This document shows, in pieces, positions 1 through 12,110 of a stretch of DNA of 64,000 nucleotides. Under the pieces are notes generated by a model. The model saw only the letters and a program-made list of their open reading frames with translations, had not been told where the DNA came from and searched no databases. Origin of the DNA: Mobula hypostoma. Its lineage: Eukaryota. Each line of letters starts with the position of its first letter. Within the stretch, counting starts at the first letter, position 1. A program made the translations under genes and the position numbers. The stretch lies in assembly GCF_963921235.1 (NCBI RefSeq), contig NC_086097.1, positions 55,058,001 through 55,122,000 on the forward strand. The letters are read 5' to 3'.

Positions 1-299
1 GTGCTAATTTTCCTAGCCATTTCATGAAAGACTGACAAAAGTTACACAAAAGTTAACTATAGGAAAATAAACAAGTTTAGTTACAGATTAAAACCTAAAG
101 CCAACACCTTATTACATCTTTTTCTTTTTGGCTTTTTGCTTTATTTAGCTCAAACTTTCATCTTCTCTGAAAATTCATTTTCAATTATCTTTCTCATATA
201 TTCTGTGCAAACTTTATAACAAAATGTGTTAGATATTAAGCTAAATTATTTTATACAAGTTGTTAAAGTGATGATATGATTTGCCACTAACGACAGGTT

Positions 300-510
300 C
301 AATTACGTCTGCAACTCACCCAAACCCTTTACTACATTGATAACTGCATTGGTGCTCCTTCCTACACTAGTGTGGTAGTTGTCAGTTTCATCACCTTTGC
401 CACCAACTTCCACAGTGCCCTTCAATACATCTGAACACCACTTTGTATTCCAAATGTATCTGTATCACTCACAGGAGACAGATTTGCCATTAATATCTTC
501 CATAAGTATA
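300..510 (+). mobile_element. Decayed Penelope-like RT fragment
   Basis: Remnant of YIDDCIGA...FITFATNFH.AL...GDRFAINIFHK, a Penelope RT motif C region. Boundaries approximate. Confidence 0.55.
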
Positions 511-574
511 TAGTTGTGTGAAAATGGCAACACAGGTGTTTTCCTTTATTGGCTATAGTATTGAATAAAGGAAA

Positions 575-1140
575 TCAGAATCAGGTTTATTATCACCGGC
601 AAGTGTTGTGAAATTTGTTAACTTAGCAGCAGCAGTTCAATGCAATACATAATATAGAAGAAAAAAAAAGTAAATTAATTACAGAAAGCATATATTGAAT
701 ATATTAAAAATTGTGCAAAAAACAGAAATAATATATTTAAAAAGTGAGGTAGTGTTCAAGGGTTCAATGTCCATTTGGGAATCAGATGGCAGAAGGGAGA
801 AGCTGTCCCTGAATCGTTGAGTGAGTGCCTTCAGGCTTCTGTACCTCCTACCTGATGGTAACAGTGAGCAAAGGGCATGCCCTGGGTGCTGGAGGTCATT
901 AATGAGGAGCTGCCTTTCTGAGACACCGCTCCTTGGAGATGTCCTGGGTACTTTGTAGGCTAGTACCCAAGATGGAGCTGACTAGATTTACAACCCTCTG
1001 CAGTTTCTTTTGGTCCTGTGCAGTAGTTCCCCCATACCAGACAGCGATGCAATCTGTCAGAATGCTCTCCACGGTACAGCTATAGAAGTTTTTGAGTGTA
1101 TTTGTTGACATACCAGAGCTCTTCAAACTCCCAATGAAGT
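575..1140 (-). mobile_element. Rex1/Babar-type LINE 3' fragment
   Basis: ORF 899-1189 encodes FYSCTVESILTDCIAVWYG (C-terminal DUF1891 region). CTGATT-type tail near 575. Confidence 0.8.
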
Positions 1141-1544
1141 ATATGGGAATTGGGATGTCATGCTGTACAAAATGTTGGTTAGACCACACCTGGAGTATTC
1201 TGTGCAGTTATCATTGCCATGTTATAGGAAGGATGTGATTAAGCAAGAGAGGGTGTAGGAAAGGTTCACAACGATCGTGCCTGGGCTGGTGGGATTGAAT
1301 TACAAATAGATTAGGTAAACTGGGGCAGTTATTCCCAGAGCAAAAGAGGCTGAATTGTGACCTTATAGAGGTTTTCCATCGCACCCACAGCTTGAGCCTG
1401 GCAGTGGTTTGGGGAATTAGGAGACAGGATTCCTAGCCTCTGAACCGCTCATGGCCATATTGTGTTTAATGGCTACCCTAATTCAGTTTCTGGTCAATGG
1501 TAATCCCCAGGCCGTCGATGCTGAGGGATTCATGGATAGTATAT

Positions 1545-1960
1545 AGAATCATAGAAAACTTACAGCATAATACAGGCCCCTTTGGCCCACAATGCAGTGC
1601 CGAATATGTAATTACTTTAGAAATTACCTTGGGTTACCCATAGCCCTCTATTTTTCTAAGCTCCATGTACCTGTCCAAGAGTCTCTTAAAAGACCCTATT
1701 GTATCCACCTCCATCACCGTTCATTCCACGCACTCACCACTCTCTACGTAAAAATCTTACCCCTGACATCTCCACTGTATCTATTTCTAAGCACCTTAAA
1801 ACTGTGCCCTCTCGTGTTAGCCATTTCAGCCCTGGGAAAAAACTTCTGACTATCCACACAATCAATGCCTTTCATCATTTTATACACCTCTATTAGGACA
1901 CCTCTCATCCTCTGTCACTCCAAGGAGAAAAGGCCAAGTTCGCTCAACCTATTCTCATTG
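1545..1960 (-). mobile_element. CR1-type LINE 3' fragment
   Basis: RLSELGLFSLE and RGHSFKV-type C-terminal motifs. Near-homologous to 17470-17780. Confidence 0.75.
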
Positions 1961-2158
1961 AATATCAGGGGGTGATAGCTAGATTTTCTTTTGTTAGATA
2001 TTGTTTTTGCATGGTACTGCATTGCAGATGTTACTTGCCACTTATCAGCCCAGGTCTGTATATTATCTAGATCCTCCTGCATTTGGATGTGATACAGGGA
2101 GGTACAACCACATTTAGAAGGCATTTGGATTGGTAAATTGGACAGGAAAGGTTTAGAG

Positions 2159-2238
2159 CAGAGGTTCCAAATCCTTTTTTATGCCATGGACTCCTACCAT
2201 TAACCGAGGGTCCATGGACCCCAGGTTGGGAACCCCTG
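2159..2238. mobile_element. 80-bp hAT (Charlie-like) MITE
   Basis: TIRs CAGAGGTTCCAAA / GTTGGGAACCCCTG. 8-bp TSD GTTTAGAG / GTTTAAAG with one mismatch. Confidence 0.85.
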
Positions 2239-2339
2239 GTTTAAAGGAAGATGAGCCAAATTCAAATAAATGTGATCAGCTTAGACAGGGCCCTTGTTTG
2301 GTATGGATACGTTTCCATGCATTATAACTCTACGAATCT

Positions 2340-2755
2340 CGCTGGCTCTCCACTTGGCATTGGATCACCTAGACAATAGTAATACCAACATCAGGCTGCT
2401 GTTCATTGACTACAGCTCAGCATTCAACACCATCAAACCCTCAGTATGAATCAACAAGCTCCAAAACCCGGGACTCTGTACCTCCCTCTGCAAATGGATC
2501 CTTGACTTTCTCATTGGGCAACCACAGTCAGTGCAGATTGGAAATAACATCTCCTCCTCACTGACAATCAACACTGGCACACCTCCAGAACACGTGTTTA
2601 ACCCACTGCTCTGCACCCTCTCTACACACACGACTGTGTGGCTAATCACATCTCAAATGGCAATGGTAAATTTGCCAATTACACACCTACTGTTGGCAGA
2701 ATTTCAGATGGTAATGAGGTGTACAGGAGTGGGATAGATCAGCTGGTTGAATGGC
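2340..2755 (+). mobile_element. Rex1/Babar LINE RT fragment, 5' half; resumes at 7021
   Basis: [13 protein letters not shown] and LTINTGTP motifs. Interrupted at QLVEW by the BEL element. Confidence 0.85.
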
Positions 2756-3118
2756 ATCTGTTCTCTATCTACATTGTATTCAGTGTTGTGCATTTATTAT
2801 GGTAACTAGTCACATAAGTGGGGTCATGGTAAAAGCAAAGGGAATAAGTGACATCTTGTTTGTGGCAGTTTGCAGCTGGGGGCCAATGGATGTTGTATCT
2901 TTTGTTGACCACTCAATTACACTCAACTTACACTTGGGTGCTCCTAAGTTGCATCACTTTAAGATTGTAAGTCTGCTAATTGCTAATAAAGGATCAAATA
3001 CATATCTTTGACTTTTGGAACTATCATTATTGGAGCTGAGGACACGTTATACAAGTACAACAAATCCATGGGGGTCGCCAGCAGCTGCAATTTGGTTTGG
3101 TTAGAATTGACCGTTACA
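2756..3118 (+). repeat. 5' LTR of BEL element (first ~14 nt missing)
   Basis: Aligns by eye along its length with 6649-7014. Confidence 0.88.
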
Positions 3119-4282
3119 TTCTGTCAACAAAAGTTTTTGACAGTTGTACCAAACAGACATCAGCATTCGGATGTGTCTGCGAAATTAGAAGCACTGCAGC
3201 CTGGAGCAGGTTGTGGCAAGTAACAACCTTTTGTTGATTCCACAGTTTGAATGGTCAGCCCTGCCTGACCAACTGGGGACTGTAAGCTCTACAGTGCAGT
3301 GCTTGCCTAAGGGTTCAGCGCTTGGTTCTGTAGAAATGTTAACCACTTTGAATGTCGATATCTGAATTCAATTGTTGTTGCTTGGTCTGCTTTGTGCACT
3401 TGGTAAACAACACAAGTCGAGCAGTGACCTCAAGGTCAAGACTACGAGAGAAATTAAACCTGCTGGGAAAGCTCTGTCGGCTAGAATTGACAACTTTCAA
3501 AAGGACTATAACAAATTTGATAAAAAGATTAAAGATTTGCGATTGAATGCTTGGTGAGTGGAAGGTGCTGATGCTTTTTTGTGGAAGGGTCGTTGTTTTG
3601 CTGCTGCTTGTGCGTAGGAAGGGAAGGGGGGGGCTTAGAGGTTCTGATGTTTTAACCGTCATTTATTCTTTGGGGTACGCTTCTGTACTCGTGGATGTCT
3701 GCCAAGAAAAAGAACTTCAGGGTGTATATTGTGTACATTTCTTTGATATTAAACAAACTATTGATTTAATATTAATTAGAAACCTCTTACATGTAGACCA
3801 GCATGCTTCACAAGTACATTCTCATTTGGATGATTGAAAAACTCTTTGTGAAGACATTGCTAAGCAACATAACTTATTGTTGTCTTTAATGCTTATCTCT
3901 GACATAGACTGAAAACTTTGTACATACTGATACACTTATTAACACAGTCACAGTAGAGGCTGAACAATGGGTGAAACAAATGTGTGGTTGAAGGTCAAGA
4001 TGCTGGAGAAAATGAAAATATTTATAAAGCCACAGAGCATGCTGTGACTAGGTATAAAGCTAATGACTTCCAGGGTGACGTATACCCTGAAGACAGCATG
4101 TCTAATGTGTGTGCAGCAGATTCTATTGCTAGCAGAGCATCCCATATGGCTGATACCTCATCAGCACACATTAGAATGGAGGTTGATTTAGCTGAGTTAT
4201 GTGCAAGACGACAAATATTGAAGGATAAACACGCATTGGAAGAAAAGATGGAACGACTTTGGAGAAACTGAGCAGAAAAGAT

Positions 4283-4407
4283 AGAACAGCTTCAGAGAAA
4301 CCAGGAGCAGATGGAAGAACAGCTTCAGAGAAACCAGGAGCAGATGGAAGAACAGCTTCAGAGAAACCAGGAGCAGATGGAAGAACAGCTTCAGAGAAAC
4401 CAGGAGC
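4283..4407 (+). repeat. 33-bp tandem repeat, about 3.8 copies, within BEL gag
   Basis: Unit AGAACAGCTTCAGAGAAACCAGGAGCAGATGGA; copies are identical. Confidence 0.95.
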
Positions 4408-6634
4408 CACTTAACTTGCAGGAAGAAATTGCAGCCAAGATGGGCAGGGTTGAAGTGCTGTGGGTGCTAAAGGTGCTCTAGCAGGGCAGTTCTATGGCAA
4501 AAGATCCTATGTTGATATAGCACAGAGAAAATCTAACATACTCGAAGTCAATGTGAATACATTTGTTCCTCAAATGTCTATGAGCCACGAGTTTGGACCC
4601 CAAAGGGTAGTTCAGAAATGTTCTCTCTCAGTCTGCACCAAGGAGGCATTCTGAACCCATGCCATCTCCAATAGCACAAGATGTTTCTGAGGACATTAAC
4701 TTACAGTATGGTGACACTCGTGTTTCAGATGATACAAGTCTAAATGCTGCACTGGAGGCCATAAGGACGTGAAAGGAAATAGCAAGCTTAGTGATTCAAC
4801 AACAACACATTGCACTTCTGCCTAAAAGAGAGATTCAAATCTTCACTGGCAATCTATTGTAATACCATTCGTTTATGAGGGCTTTCAAGAATAGCACTGA
4901 AAGCAAGACTGATGATTATGGTGACTGTCTCAATTTTCTCAAACAGTTCACTGGAGGTTACCCTGGAGAGTTTGTCAACAGTTGCCAGCAAGCCAGGCAG
5001 GAACAAGGATATCTAAAGGACCAAGCTTTATTGCAGGAACACTTTGGTAATGAACATAAAATTGCTGTGGCTACATGGAAAACGCTCTTTCTTGGCCACA
5101 TATAAAACCAGAAGATGTGAAAGCTCTTCGAGGTTACAGTCTTTTTCTAAGAGGCTGTTGCAATGCTATGGAAGATGAGCAGGACATGTGCGAGTTGGAC
5201 ATGCCTGCTAATATGAGCATTGCATAAATAAGTTGCCCCATAAGCTTAGGGAAAAATGGAGATCGGTGGTCTGTAAACTGCAAGAAAGGCATAACCTTAA
5301 AGTTACGTTCAATGACATTGGTGATTTTATTGAAAGGAGAGTGAAGATTGCTACCCAGTCAGTGTTTGGGAACGTATACGATACTACACCACCAGCAGTA
5401 AGCAAAGGTGTGAACAAAACTGGATCACAAATTTATTCTAAGGCTAAAGGAAGCAGCTTTGCTACAATTGTGGGGCTACGGCAAAAAGTAAACCTAAAAC
5501 TGAGCCTGTAAATAATAAGAGGGTTTGTCTGTTTTTCCAGGGTGAACATACTTTGACTTCACGCTTTCAGCTGGAGAAAAAGGTTCATTTCAAGAAGATT
5601 GCCTTCCTAAAAGAAAATAGTGTCAGCTTTCATTGTCTGTGTATGGAACACTTCAGCAAAGATTGCAGGAAGCATCATTCATGCAAGGTATGCAATGGCA
5701 AGCATCCCAACATACCTCATACTCACTCTGAAGAAAAGGGTGCAGATTCAAAACAAGTCATGAATGAATCAAACACAGCAGGGAGTAATGCCCCGGTAAC
5801 TAATGGCCTTAAGGGAGCTGGTGATCATGATTGTAAATCTCCTATAATTCCAGTTCAGGTGAAGTCTAAGAAGAGTAACAAGACAGCAGTTACTTATGCT
5901 TTCCTAGATCAAGGAAGTACAGCAGTGTTCTGCACAGACAGTTTCCTGACCAACCTCAACCTGGCAGGAAAAGGAACACACATTTCCAGCATCTGCAGAT
6001 TTTCTCTTGTTTCGGAAAAGGAAAGCACGTTCTTTTATGCACCATGGGTCAAGAGAAGGTCGTGAGTAGCTACTTCATTTAAGGGTTGGAAGTGCCTGGC
6101 TTAGACAGTGAAAACTACTGTGAATTGCCTAACATCTCTATGCAGGAATGTATGGCTGTCCACAAGGGAAATACTCATCAGAGAGATTTTCAGAAATGGT
6201 CTCACCTAAAGCATATTCATTTGCTGGAAATTGAGGCAGCGATAGAGCTGCTGATAGGAGTGCACGTGTCCAAGGCATTGGAGCCATTGCAGGTGATTCA
6301 CAGTGCTAATAATGGACCTGATGCAATCAGAACAATGCTGGATCGGACTGTTAAAGAACCATCGAAAGGAGACTGAGGTGGTGGAAGAGACTACACCAGG
6401 CCAGAGCTGACAGTTAACAGGATTCCAGTTTTGAACTTGAATAAGCTTTGGCAGCAGCCCTTCGAGACAGATTTTCCTGAATGCAGTCAAGAGAAACCAC
6501 CTGGTTTGTCATGATCCAGGTTAGTCTACTTACCAGAAAGAAGACATTTTGTGTAAATGTTGAGATTCCATGGCTCCTGTGTCTTAATAGCATGCAGTTG
6601 TAATTATTTTAGTGTAATAATTAAGGGGCTGGAA

Positions 6635-7014
6635 TGTAGGAGCCATGTATCTGTTCTCTATCTGCATTGTATTCTGTGTTGTGTCTGAATGTTTATTATG
6701 GTAACTAGTCACGTTAGTGGGGGCATGGTAAAAGTGAAGGGAATAAGTTACGTATTCTTGTTTTGTTCGTGGCAGTTTGCACCTGGGGGCCTACGTCTGT
6801 TGTATGTTTTGGTTGTTCACTCAGTTATGCTCAACTTACACTTGGGGACGCTTAATCGCTTCAAAGATTGTCTGTTTGCTAATAAAGGATTGAACACATA
6901 TCTTTGACTTTTGGAATAATCATCATTGGAGCTGAGGGCTCGTCATACAAGTATAACAAATTCGTGGATGTCACCAGCAGCAGCAATTTGGCTTGGTTAG
7001 AATTGACCACTACA
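6635..7014 (+). repeat. 3' LTR of BEL element
   Basis: Starts TGTAGG after the polypurine tract and ends ACTACA. Confidence 0.88.
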
Positions 7015-7020
7015 TTCTTG

Positions 7021-7722
7021 CACCAACAACCTTGCACTCAATGTCAGGAAGACCAAGAATTGTGGACTTCAGGAAGGGAAAGTTACAGAAACACACACCA
7101 GTCCTCATCGAGGGATCAGCAGTGGAAAGTTCCTGGGTGTCAACATCTCTGAGGATCTATCCTGGGCCCGAAATATTGATGCAATTACAAAGAAGGCACA
7201 ACAGCACTATATTTCATTAGGAGTTTGAGAAGACTAGGTATGTCACCAAAGACTCTTGTAAATTTCTACAGATGTACCATGGGGAGCATTCTAACTCATT
7301 GCATCACTGTCTGGTACGGAGAGGCCACTGTACAAGTTTGGAAAATGCTGCAGAAACTTGCAAACTAGCACGGGTACTAGTCTCCCCAGCATCAAGGGCA
7401 TCTCCAAAAGGCAATGGTTCAAAAAGGCAGCATGATTATTGAGGACCCTCCATCACCCAGGATATGCCCTCTTCTCATTGCCGCCATCAAGGACACACTA
7501 GAATCTTAAGACACACAGTCTTTCAGGAACAGCTTCTTCCCCACTGCCATCAGATTTCTGAATGGAAAATAAACCCATGTACCATTACTTTTTTCTTCTT
7601 TTGCTCTTTTTGCACTAATTTTATATAATATACCTTATTACATCTTATATTTTTGATTATGTATTCTGCCGCAAAATAACATAAACTAGTGATATTAAAC
7701 CTTATTCTGATTCTGAATCTGA
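7021..7722 (+). mobile_element. Rex1/Babar LINE 3' half with (TTCTGA)n tail
   Basis: NNLALNV..IVDFRKGK motif continues the frame broken at 2755. Tail TTCTGATTCTGAATCTGA. Confidence 0.85.
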
Positions 7723-8244
7723 TAGTACCCATTGCACTAACGTTGGATCTAACACAGCAAATCGCTTCCAATTTTTTTTAAAATGTTAAAATCATAAGTT
7801 GGAAATGAGTCCCGCACAAACATAATATGCGCAGCATTTGCATTTATTTTCCTTTGAATCTATTCTTTCTCCATTTGACTCCAGCAATGGATTTAATCCG
7901 ATATCAAATTACGTCCACACCAGAGGAAAATATACAAATTTTAAACTTGAAATTTGAATTAAAAGATTGCAACGGAAATAATAATATTCCACTCTCGCCT
8001 GGAGTCAACTAGACTCCAAGCGAGAGCGGAGGATAGAAAAATAAACGATCACGTTTCCCTGACCGAGGTCAAGGGTAATTTTAAGTATCAAATATCTTAT
8101 GCAATCCCCAAGGGAATCTGACCGTGCTTTCCTCAGTGTTTCAGCACTCATTAAACTTCGCACCGATGCTGGGTGCGGCCCGTCCGCTTCTTGTACTAGC
8201 AGCAATGCTGTCATTTTAAAAAATGTATTTCTGTTAAACAATAC

Positions 8245-8444
8245 CTTTCCGAGTTTCTGTTGTCGAAGTAGACGAAATCGCCGGCCAGGATACACTTCGC
8301 GCACGTGAGACGCCTCCTGGCTGTGTTGCAAAGCGGACAGCGCTCCACGGCCACATACAATCCCTCGGCATCATCCACCGAATCCAGCGGCGGCTGATCG
8401 CGACCTGCTCCGGCTCTGAGAGGAGCCACCGTGGGAGACGCCAT
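8245..8444 (-). CDS. ATG14: ATG14 (Barkor) coding exon 1; gene continues beyond the window start
   Basis: Translates [67 protein letters not shown], containing the ATG14 N-terminal CxxC..CxxC motif ([18 protein letters not shown]). Ends at a phase-2 donor AG|GTATTG and lies in CpG-rich sequence. Confidence 0.96.
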
Positions 8445-8660
8445 ACTAGCAGAGCGGGGTCCTGTCACGTGGTTTTGTTTTACTGCGGGGCGTTGTGGGT
8501 ACAGCCGCCTGTCGTCACGTGGTTCTGCAAGAGAGCGTCCACCAATTGCCATTCGAGTCCCGGAACGAAGAAGGAGATTGGAAAAAGTAGACCAGAGGCT
8601 ACTTCTCTGGCCAAGCTCAGTATTACCTGGAAGTTCTCGACATCACACGAGCAAAGAGTT
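8445..8660 (-). promoter_or_regulatory. ATG14 5'UTR/proximal promoter, CpG-rich, with two GTCACGTGGTT E-boxes
   Basis: Local CpG enrichment over about 8020-8660 in a CpG-depleted background. GTCACGTGGTT occurs at 8464-8474 and 8514-8524. Confidence 0.7.
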
Positions 8661-9379
8661 TTTTTTTTGTCGTTTTGTGCACTTGGACATAGGTAAACTC
8701 TTTCGCTACCTTTTATTAAAAAAAAGTATTTTTAAACGGGGGAAATCAGCGTCATATAAATGAATGATCGAAGACAGAAAAGTTCACCTTTTTTTGGCAG
8801 GGAATACAAATCCTAATTATGAGCTGTAAAGTTAAATGCTAGAAATATACACTAGTTGGAATCTGAGAGTATTAGGGAGAGTATTAGGGTCGAGCAGGGG
8901 ATTATAACGCTCCCCAATTACAACTGAAATATAGTCATCTATTTAAAAATTAGCTCAAAACATGCAGATGACTATAACAGGAGTTTTAAAAATTGCTCTC
9001 GCTATTACACTTAACATGTTCCTGATGATGGTGGCTTGACATTTTACCAGCGTGACAAAGCGAGAATAGAGCATCATTTAAAATATATTAGATATGCTGC
9101 ATAATTTACTTGGGCAATAAATCTTATATAGGTATACGCACTAATTATTTCAAAGATTCTTGCCTCCAGATAAATAGAATTTATACCAATAGCATTTATA
9201 ATAGCAAGTAAATTTAGAGTCCTCTTGTCACTTCCCACAGTCCCACCGCCCTACCCCTTCAGTTAGAATCAGGTTTAATTTTACAAGCATACGTCGTGAA
9301 ATTTGTTGTTTTGCGGCAGGAGTAGAGATTGGGGGATGAGGGATGGGGTATAGAAATATAACAATACTGAGTCATGTCA

Positions 9380-10170
9380 TCTGCAGAAATTCTCTGATGA
9401 CTCAGTAATGGTTGAGTGTATAAAGGGAGGATGAATACAGTCCCTGGTGGAGGACTTTGTCAAATGGTGCAAGCTGAATCATCTGTAGCTCAACATTAGT
9501 ACAACAAGGAGATGGTAGTGGACTTTAGGAAGACTAAGCCTGCACTGTCCACTGTTAATATCGATGGTGAAGATGTGGATGTGGTGAGGACCTACAAATA
9601 CCTGGGGGTGCACCTGGATGACAGGCTTGAGAGGAGCATAAACACAGAGGCCGTGTACAAGAAGGGCCAGAGTCACCTCAACTCCCTGAGGAGATTGAGG
9701 TCCTTTGGGGTATGCAGGCCTCTCCTTCACATGTTCCACCAACCTGTTATGCCAGTACAATTTTCTATGTGATGGTCTGCTGGGGCAATGGCATCAACAT
9801 GGGTGATGCCAACAGGATTAATAAACTGATTAGAAAGGCTGACTCTGTTATAGGAGTCAAACTAGACACACTGGAGGCTGTAGTGGATCAAAGGACCCCG
9901 CAGAAAATCCTGGCAGTTCTGGACAATGTTTCTCACCTTCTGCATGCTACCTTGGCTGAACAGAGGAATAGTTTTAGTAATAGTCTAAGACAACTGTGCT
10001 GCTACAAAGACGTCATTCTTACCCTCAGCTATCAGGCTCTATGAGTCAACCTACAGCCGGGGGAGTGTTGACTCCCTCCTGTTTGAGGTAACTTTTTTTT
10101 AATTCTTTGTTACTTCTCTTCTAATATTTGTATATCTGTACACTTGTAATGCTACTATGATGCTGTAATT
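9380..10170 (+). mobile_element. Rex1-like LINE 3' fragment (different subfamily)
   Basis: MVVDFRKTKP...YKYLGVHLDDRL...LRRLRSFGV. Confidence 0.8.
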
Positions 10171-10189
10171 AATTACTATAAGTGTATAT

Positions 10190-12110
10190 AAATTAAGTAA
10201 GTAGGGCAAAAAGAGAGGAAAGAATACTAAGGTGATGTTCATGTGCTCATTGCCCATTCAGAGTCTGATGGCAGAGTGGAAGAAGCTGTTCCTGAAACAT
10301 TGGGTATGTGTAACTCCTCCTTGATGACAGCAATGAGAAGAGGGCATGTCTTGGGTGATAGGGGTCCTTAATAATGGATGCTGCCTTTCTGAGGCTTGAA
10401 GGTGTCCTGGAATCTGCAGAGACTAGTGTCCATGATGGAGCTGGCTGAGTTCCCAACTTTCTGCAGAGTTTTCTGAACCTGTGCAGCAGCCTCTTCCGTA
10501 CCAGACGGTGATGGAACCAGTTAGAATGCTCTCCACAGCACACCTAAAGAACATACCAATTCTCTTCAAACTCCTAGTGAAATATAGCCACTATTGTGCC
10601 TTTTTTATAATTGCATCAATATATTGGGCCCGGGATAGATCCTCAGAGACATTGACATTCAGCAACTTGAAACTGCTCACGCTTTCCACTTCTGATCCCT
10701 CGATGAGGACTGGTGCGTGTTCCTTCAATTTCCCCTTCCTGAAGTCCACAATCAGTTCTTTGATCTTACTGATGTTGAGTGCAAGGTTATTGAAGCGACA
10801 CACTCAATCAGCTGATCTGCCTTGTTCCTCTACCCTTCCTTGTCACTGTCTGAAATTCTGCCACGATAGTTGTGCTGTCTGCAGATTTATAGATGGTGTT
10901 TGAGCTGCGTCTAGCAACACAATTGTGGGTGTAGAGAGAGTAGAGCAATGGGCTAAGCATGCATCCTTGAAGTGCACCAGTGTCGATTGCCAGCAAGATG
11001 TTATTCTGATCCACACTGACTGTGGTCTCCTGGTGAGGAAGTCAAGGATCCAGTTGCAGAGGGAGGTGTAGAGACCCAGGTTTTGGAGCTTGATTAGAAC
11101 TGAGGGAATGATTGTGTTGAAAACTGAGCTGTAGTCTATGAACAGCAGCCTGACATAGGTAACAATATTGTCCAAGTGATCCAAGGTCCAGTGGAGAGCC
11201 AGTGAAATTGCATCTGCTGTAGACCTATAATAGCAATAGGCAAATTGTGAGGGTCGAGTTATTTGCTTAGGCAGGGGTTGATTCTGGCCATGACCAACCT
11301 CTCAAAGTACGTCATCACAATAGATGTGAGTGCCATTGGGTGATAGTCGTTGAGCTAACTCACCTTACTCTTTTTCATACTTGTATGATGGTCACCATTT
11401 TGAAGCAGGTGGGAACTTTTGACTACAGCAGTGAAAGATTAAAGCTGTCCTTGGAACACTCCCGCCAGTTGGTTGGCACAGGTTTTCAGTGTCCTAGCAG
11501 GTACACCATCAGGGCCTGACACCTGGCAAGGGTTCACCTTCTTGAAAGATGTACTGATGTCTGCCTCAGAGACAAATCACAGGGTCACCAGATGCTGCAA
11601 AGATTCACACGGGTCTAGTTTTATTCTCCCTTTCAAAGCAGGCATAAAAAGTATTGAGCTCATCTGGGAGTGAAGCATCACAGCTTAGGTTTCGTTTTGT
11701 AGAAAGTAATGGCCTGCAAACCCTGCCAGAGCTGTTGTGCATCTGATTCCATCTCTAACCTCAAATGGAATTGTTTATTTGCCCTTAAAATAGCCTTGTC
11801 TAGCTCTCAATAGATCACAAATCTCCTTGTTCATCCACAGCTTTTGGTTTGGGCATGTCCATTATGTTTTCAAAGGCACACACTCATCCACACAAGTCTT
11901 CAAGAAGTCAATGACAACTGTAGCATTTTCATTCAGATCCAAAGGTGAATCCCTAAATATTGTCCACTCCATTGACTCAAAGCAGCCCTATCAGCACACC
12001 TCTGCCTCCCTTGACCATACTTTCAGGGTCTTCATCACTGGTGTTGTGGTCTTTAGTCTCTGCCTCTACGCTGGGAGTATAAGTACAGCCAGGTGATCAG
12101 AATTTCCAAA
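10190..12110 (-). mobile_element. Rex1/Babar LINE, decayed ORF2
   Basis: [32 protein letters not shown] and KELIVDFRKGK motifs across frameshifted ORFs. Confidence 0.88.

Larger units (their letters stand above)
2756..7014 (+). mobile_element. BEL/Pao LTR retrotransposon, decayed and internally deleted
   Basis: Direct LTRs at 2756-3118 and 6635-7014 (TGT...ACA), PPT-like AAGGGGCTGGAA before the 3' LTR. Gag remnants (LPKREIQIFTG, FMRAFKNSTESKT), Cys/His knuckles CLCMEHFSKDC..CKVCNGKH and protease TYAFLDQGS. No RT, RNase H or integrase seen. Confidence 0.9.

Noticed and set aside
1..8244. ATG14 exon 2 within the window
   Set aside because: No splice-bounded segment resembling the expected coiled-coil exon was found. 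The region is almost all TE, so exon 2 probably lies beyond position 1.
8445..8552. N-terminal extension of ATG14 suggested by ORF 8211-8552
   Set aside because: The extension overlaps promoter-like E-boxes and shows no ATG14 similarity. MASP at 8444 matches the known start.
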